Assembly: GCA_965279375.1 (NCBI GenBank)
Contig: OZ257156.1
Coordinates: 5,088,001-5,152,000 of the forward strand
DNA: 64,000 nucleotides
Direction: 5' to 3'
From: Gemmatimonas sp.
GTDB taxonomy: Bacteria; Gemmatimonadota; Gemmatimonadetes; Gemmatimonadales; Gemmatimonadaceae
Under the pieces are notes generated by a model, which ran no database searches, was not told the DNA's origin, and saw only the letters and a program-made list of their open reading frames with translations. Positions within the stretch are counted from its first letter, which is position 1. Each line of letters starts with the position of its first letter. Both the position numbers and the translations under genes were made by a program. This document shows, in pieces, positions 60,037 through 64,000 of the stretch.

Positions 60037-61397
60037 TGCGCCGTGCAGCCGGCCGGGAACGTACTCGGCTCGGTTGGATCGGGAAGCGCGGCGAAGCTGG
60101 CGTTAGGGTTGGCGTTGCGGTCACCGATGGCGTACGGCAGCCAGCAGCGCTGCCCTTGCACCGGCACCGCCGGCGCGGCCGTCGGACCACGAATGGCGTT
60201 GCGACGACGCGCGTCTTCCCAACGCTGACCAGTGCCCAGCAGCTCGTAGCGACGCTGCGTGTAGATCTCCGTGAGCAAGTCGGCCTGCGACAGCGCCGCG
60301 GTCAGTGCCGGGAGGCACGCCTTGGGATCGTCGAGTCCGCGTCCGCCCGTGCAGTCGGTACGCACCGAATCGAGCACCGCCTGTGCCGATGCGAGGTTGC
60401 CCTGCACCGCGAGCGCTTCCGCCTTGATGAGCAGCGCCTCGTCGGGCATGTACACGGGCAGCGGCGCCTGCGGACTGGCCCAGCGGCTGAACGGATCGAG
60501 CAGCGCGCCGACACGACCCGTCAGCGTTGTGGACGGCGTGACGAAATACGCAAAGCGCTGATCCTGCGCCAGCATCGATGTGCGGAATGAACGACGGACC
60601 GCGATGCCGTTGACACCGCCGGTGACGGCCGCATACGGATTCACCGTAGGCGCCGGGAACGTGAGCACCGACAGCGCCGCCGTACCCGTACGTGCCACGA
60701 GGTTCGACGCAGACAGTGCCGTCGCCTGATCGTTGGCCATGCGGGCGTAGCGAGCGCGATAGAGCTGAATCACGTTCGGCAGACTCACACCCGGCGTCAG
60801 GATGCTGTTGTTGAAGAACGCACCCGGCGCCGTCGCCGAAACCGCCTGCGCCGCCGAGTCGAGCAGCGCACGCACCAACGTCAGCCCTGCCGTGCGGCTC
60901 TCGTAGGTTGGAGCAGTGACACCGTACGTCTGCAGCGGGATCTTCTGGTACGACTGCAACGCTTCACCGAGTGCTTCCGCCTTGAGCGTCCACGCCAGCG
61001 CCTTCAGTCCACTGCGCGTGCCCGGATCGATCTGCGCAGACAGGGCGTCCGCGCCAGCGAGCAGGTCGTCGGCCGTGCGGACCGTGCGGTACACCGAGTT
61101 GAAGACGTTGTCGGCGATGCCCGTGCCCGACGGAACGGCACCCTGTTCCGCGTCGCTGATGGAAATGAGCGCTGCACTCGTGGCCGCAAATTCATCGGTC
61201 ACGAGTCCCGCCGTGTACGCGTAATTGCCGTACGACGTCGCGAAGCGCGACTGCAAACCCGTGGCCAGCGCGATCACGCCATCCACGTTCGTGGTGACCT
61301 GCGCTTCGGTGGGGGAGTTGGGGTTCTGCAAGTCGAGGCTGCATGCCCCGAGGGAAACGGCGGCGACGAGCACCGCGCTCTGCTTGATCATGCGCAT
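60033..61397 (-). CDS. RagB/SusD-family nutrient-binding lipoprotein
   Basis: SLGAC lipobox, EALLIKAEA, QRRYELLGTGQRWEDARR. Downstream of SusC. Confidence 0.88.
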   Translation of the reverse strand: MRMIKQSAVLVAAVSLGACSLDLQNPNSPTEAQVTTNVDGVIALATGLQSRFATSYGNYAYTAGLVTDEFAATSAALISISDAEQGAVPSGTGIADNVFNSVYRTVRTADDLLAGADALSAQIDPGTRSGLKALAWTLKAEALGEALQSYQKIPLQTYGVTAPTYESRTAGLTLVRALLDSAAQAVSATAPGAFFNNSILTPGVSLPNVIQLYRARYARMANDQATALSASNLVARTGTAALSVLTFPAPTVNPYAAVTGGVNGIAVRRSFRTSMLAQDQRFAYFVTPSTTLTGRVGALLDPFSRWASPQAPLPVYMPDEALLIKAEALAVQGNLASAQAVLDSVRTDCTGGRGLDDPKACLPALTAALSQADLLTEIYTQRRYELLGTGQRWEDARRRNAIRGPTAAPAVPVQGQRCWLPYAIGDRNANPNASFAALPDPTEPSTFPAGCTAQ

Positions 61398-61416
61398 GAG
61401 TTCTGGTCTCCGCGGG

Positions 61417-64000
61417 TCAGTAAGTGAATCGCGCACTGACGGACCACACGCGCGGAATGGGATAGCCGCCAAAATCGAATCCACGGTCGGCGGCCGTAGT
61501 CTGCACCGAGCCGACGCCGCCGGCATTGGTGCCGAAGAGGTTGATCTCGGGATCGTAGCCGCTGTACTTGGTCCACACCGCGAGGTTGCGGCCCGAGACG
61601 GTTACGTCGATGCCGTCCTTGAACAGGCGTCGCGTCGTGGGAAAGTCGAGCGTGTAGGTCGCCGACAGTTCACGCAGCTTCACGAACGAGCCGTCTTCGA
61701 CCCAGTACTCGAAGATGCCCTGCGTTCTGGCGTTAAAGCCCGGCGGCAGCTTGTTCGGGTCGCCGTACGGCAACAGCTCGCGCTCGTACGTCTTCGAGTT
61801 GCTGGCCACGCCGGCGTTCTGCGCACGCGTGGAGAGGTTCATCACGTCGTTGCCGAACACGCCGTCGAGCAGCATGCGGAAGCGCAGCTTCTTGCCGAGC
61901 GTCACTTCGTTGAGCAACGAGCCAAGCCATGACGGGTTCGGATCGCCGATGACCTTGTTCAGCGAGTCGTTGCAGGTGCCCTGACTGATCGCCTGGCGCT
62001 GCGCCGTCGTGGCGCCCATGTCCACCGCTTGATTGCTGCGGCGGTAGCGGCCCAGCGAGTCGAGCAGCAGCGCACCCGTCACGCAATTGCGCGCCGCGTA
62101 CGAGCCATAGAACACACCGGCCGGCTGACCGGCGCGAATGCGGTTGGGATAGCCACCCGCCGACTGGAAGTCGAGGATGTCGAGCTTCTCGACCATGTTC
62201 TTGTTGGTCGAGTACGTCGCCGTGGTGGACCACTTGAAGTTGGCCTTATCCACGTTCTGCGTCTTCACCATCAGCTCCACGCCCTTGTTCGACATGCTGC
62301 CGATCGGGAAGAACTGACGCGAGAAGCCCGTGCTCGTCGCGAGCGGACGGAAGAACAGCAGGTCCGACACGAGGCGATTGTAGTACGTCGCATCCACGGA
62401 CACCTTGCCGTTGAGGATGCCCGCTTCCGCGCCCACTTCCCATTCGCGCGCGCGCTCGTTGCGCAGCGTGGGGTTGCCGTACACCACGTCGTTCACGAAG
62501 CCCGGACGACCCGCGAACGGGAGCTGCGTGTACGCGATGAACTGCGAATACGCATTGACGATGCCCGGCTGGCTGCCCGCCCATCCCAGTGCACTGCGCA
62601 CGCGGAAGTTGTTGACGAGACCATCGCGATTGTTCAGCACCACGAAGGAAGCGGACAGCTTGGGGAACGCCTGCCACCGCTCCGACGGCGCGAACGTGCT
62701 CGACGCGTCATAGCGCACCGCGCCGCTCAGGAACAGCCGATCCTTGATGGCCACTTCCTGCTGACCGAAGAAGCCGAGCGTGCGAAGTTCCACTTCCGTC
62801 TGGCCTGCACTGAAGACGGAGCCTGCGCCGACCAGCTCACCCACCGGCGCGAGTCCGTTGGCCACGGCGTTCGTGGTACGAACCTTCTGGCTCGTGTAGT
62901 TGAAGCCGCCCGTCGTGCGCAGTTCTACGGGACCCATCGGCTTCCACGAGTACGTGGCGATGCCGTCCTGGTTGACGATGCGGTTCGCCTGGAAAATCGA
63001 CTGAGCTCGCCCAGTGGAGTTGGGCGCCGTACCCAGCACCGCATTGCGCGGCAGAAACTGGCGCGCCTCGAACGACGTGTTGTCGACGCCGATCGTGTAG
63101 TCGAGAATGAGCTCGGGAATCGGCGTCCACGTCAGCTTGCTCGAACCAATGAAGCGGTCGATCGTCTGCGGATTCTTGATGCGATCGATCGCCAGGAGCG
63201 GATTGGTACCGAGCGCCGGCGGCAGCGGATAAATGCCGTTGACCGGACGGAAGTCGACGTTCGTGGGCGCGAAGAAGAGCGAGCCCATGATGCCGTAGTC
63301 GTTGTTCTCGCCGAACGCCTGAAACTGGTTCTGCGTCGTGACATAGTTGGCCGTCACGTTGGCGATCAGCTTGGGGTTGAGCGTCTGCTGTAGGTTGATG
63401 CGCGCGCCCTGGCGACGCGACGACGTGCTCTTGAGAATGCCGTCTTCCGCCGACGCATTCGCGCTCAGGAAATACCGCGTCTGCTCGTTGCCACCTTCGA
63501 CCGTCAGGTTCTGCTCCGTGCCCGCAGCGCGCGTGAAGATGTCGTCCTGATAGTTGAAGCGCTTGACCGGCAGTCCGTTCTCGTTGAACGGATACAGGTT
63601 GAACGGCTGCTGTTCGCGCAGTTCGTTGGACGAGTAGCGGCTCGAGAATGCGAAGCGCGGCTTGCCGATGCTGCCACGCTTCGTGAAGATCTGCACCACA
63701 CCGTTGTTGGCGCGCGAGCCGTAGAGCGCCGCCGCCGCCGCACCACGAATGATCTCGATACGCTCCACGTCTGCCGGATTGAGATCGGCCAAGCGATTCT
63801 GCGGGTTGGAGCGTCCGCCGAGATCGATGAGCTGCGTCGACCCGTTATCGATGATCACGCCGTCGATGATGTACAGCGGATCCGAGCCCGAGATGAACGA
63901 GTTCGTACCACGCAGGCGCACCGACATGCCGCCGCCACCCGGACCGCCCGAGTTCTGCGAGATCTGCGCGCCGGCCACCTTGCCCTGCAGCGCCTGATCG
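61417..64000 (-). CDS. SusC/RagA TonB-dependent receptor, 5' end outside the window
   Basis: PLYIIDGV, LNPADVERIEIIRGAAAAALYGSRANNGVVQIFTKRG, EDGSFVKLRE, YSGYDPE, terminal aromatic residue. Confidence 0.95.
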   Translation of the reverse strand, partial: DQALQGKVAGAQISQNSGGPGGGGMSVRLRGTNSFISGSDPLYIIDGVIIDNGSTQLIDLGGRSNPQNRLADLNPADVERIEIIRGAAAAALYGSRANNGVVQIFTKRGSIGKPRFAFSSRYSSNELREQQPFNLYPFNENGLPVKRFNYQDDIFTRAAGTEQNLTVEGGNEQTRYFLSANASAEDGILKSTSSRRQGARINLQQTLNPKLIANVTANYVTTQNQFQAFGENNDYGIMGSLFFAPTNVDFRPVNGIYPLPPALGTNPLLAIDRIKNPQTIDRFIGSSKLTWTPIPELILDYTIGVDNTSFEARQFLPRNAVLGTAPNSTGRAQSIFQANRIVNQDGIATYSWKPMGPVELRTTGGFNYTSQKVRTTNAVANGLAPVGELVGAGSVFSAGQTEVELRTLGFFGQQEVAIKDRLFLSGAVRYDASSTFAPSERWQAFPKLSASFVVLNNRDGLVNNFRVRSALGWAGSQPGIVNAYSQFIAYTQLPFAGRPGFVNDVVYGNPTLRNERAREWEVGAEAGILNGKVSVDATYYNRLVSDLLFFRPLATSTGFSRQFFPIGSMSNKGVELMVKTQNVDKANFKWSTTATYSTNKNMVEKLDILDFQSAGGYPNRIRAGQPAGVFYGSYAARNCVTGALLLDSLGRYRRSNQAVDMGATTAQRQAISQGTCNDSLNKVIGDPNPSWLGSLLNEVTLGKKLRFRMLLDGVFGNDVMNLSTRAQNAGVASNSKTYERELLPYGDPNKLPPGFNARTQGIFEYWVEDGSFVKLRELSATYTLDFPTTRRLFKDGIDVTVSGRNLAVWTKYSGYDPEINLFGTNAGGVGSVQTTAADRGFDFGGYPIPRVWSVSARFTY

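Noticed and set aside
1..64000. tRNA, rRNA, transposase, integrase or prophage genes
   Set aside because: None recognised by eye. tRNAscan/Infernal were not run, so small RNAs cannot be excluded.

Overview
GC-rich bacterial chromosomal window. The gene content and style (SusC/SusD pair, DUF4097 operon, Gly-rich S9 peptidase, BlaI/M56 pair) suggest a Gemmatimonadota-like organism; this is inference. Most of 21-64 kb is ordinary: peptidases, SelO, a SWIM-SNF2 helicase, gnd-zwf-pgl, cyclic beta-1,2-glucan synthase and SusC/D. The notable part is 9.7-21.7 kb, where an imuA-imuB-dnaE2 mutagenesis cassette is split by about 4.8 kb of other genes. A photoactive yellow protein (PYP) homologue sits head-to-head with dnaE2. 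A near-identical direct-repeat box (CTTCGGT-N5-TTCGGT) lies upstream of imuA and again, in the same orientation, about 450 bp upstream of dnaE2, so the pyp gene sits antisense between that box and dnaE2. Three copies of a ~220-bp self-complementary element punctuate the region. It also holds a BrnT/BrnA toxin-antitoxin remnant whose toxin was missed by the ORF track, and a BlaI/M56 pair with two operator palindromes. The left edge holds the 3' end of a probable TaqI/Eco57I-type DNA methyltransferase coupled to an SNF2-like helicase. All calls come from reading the sequence by eye; no searches were run.
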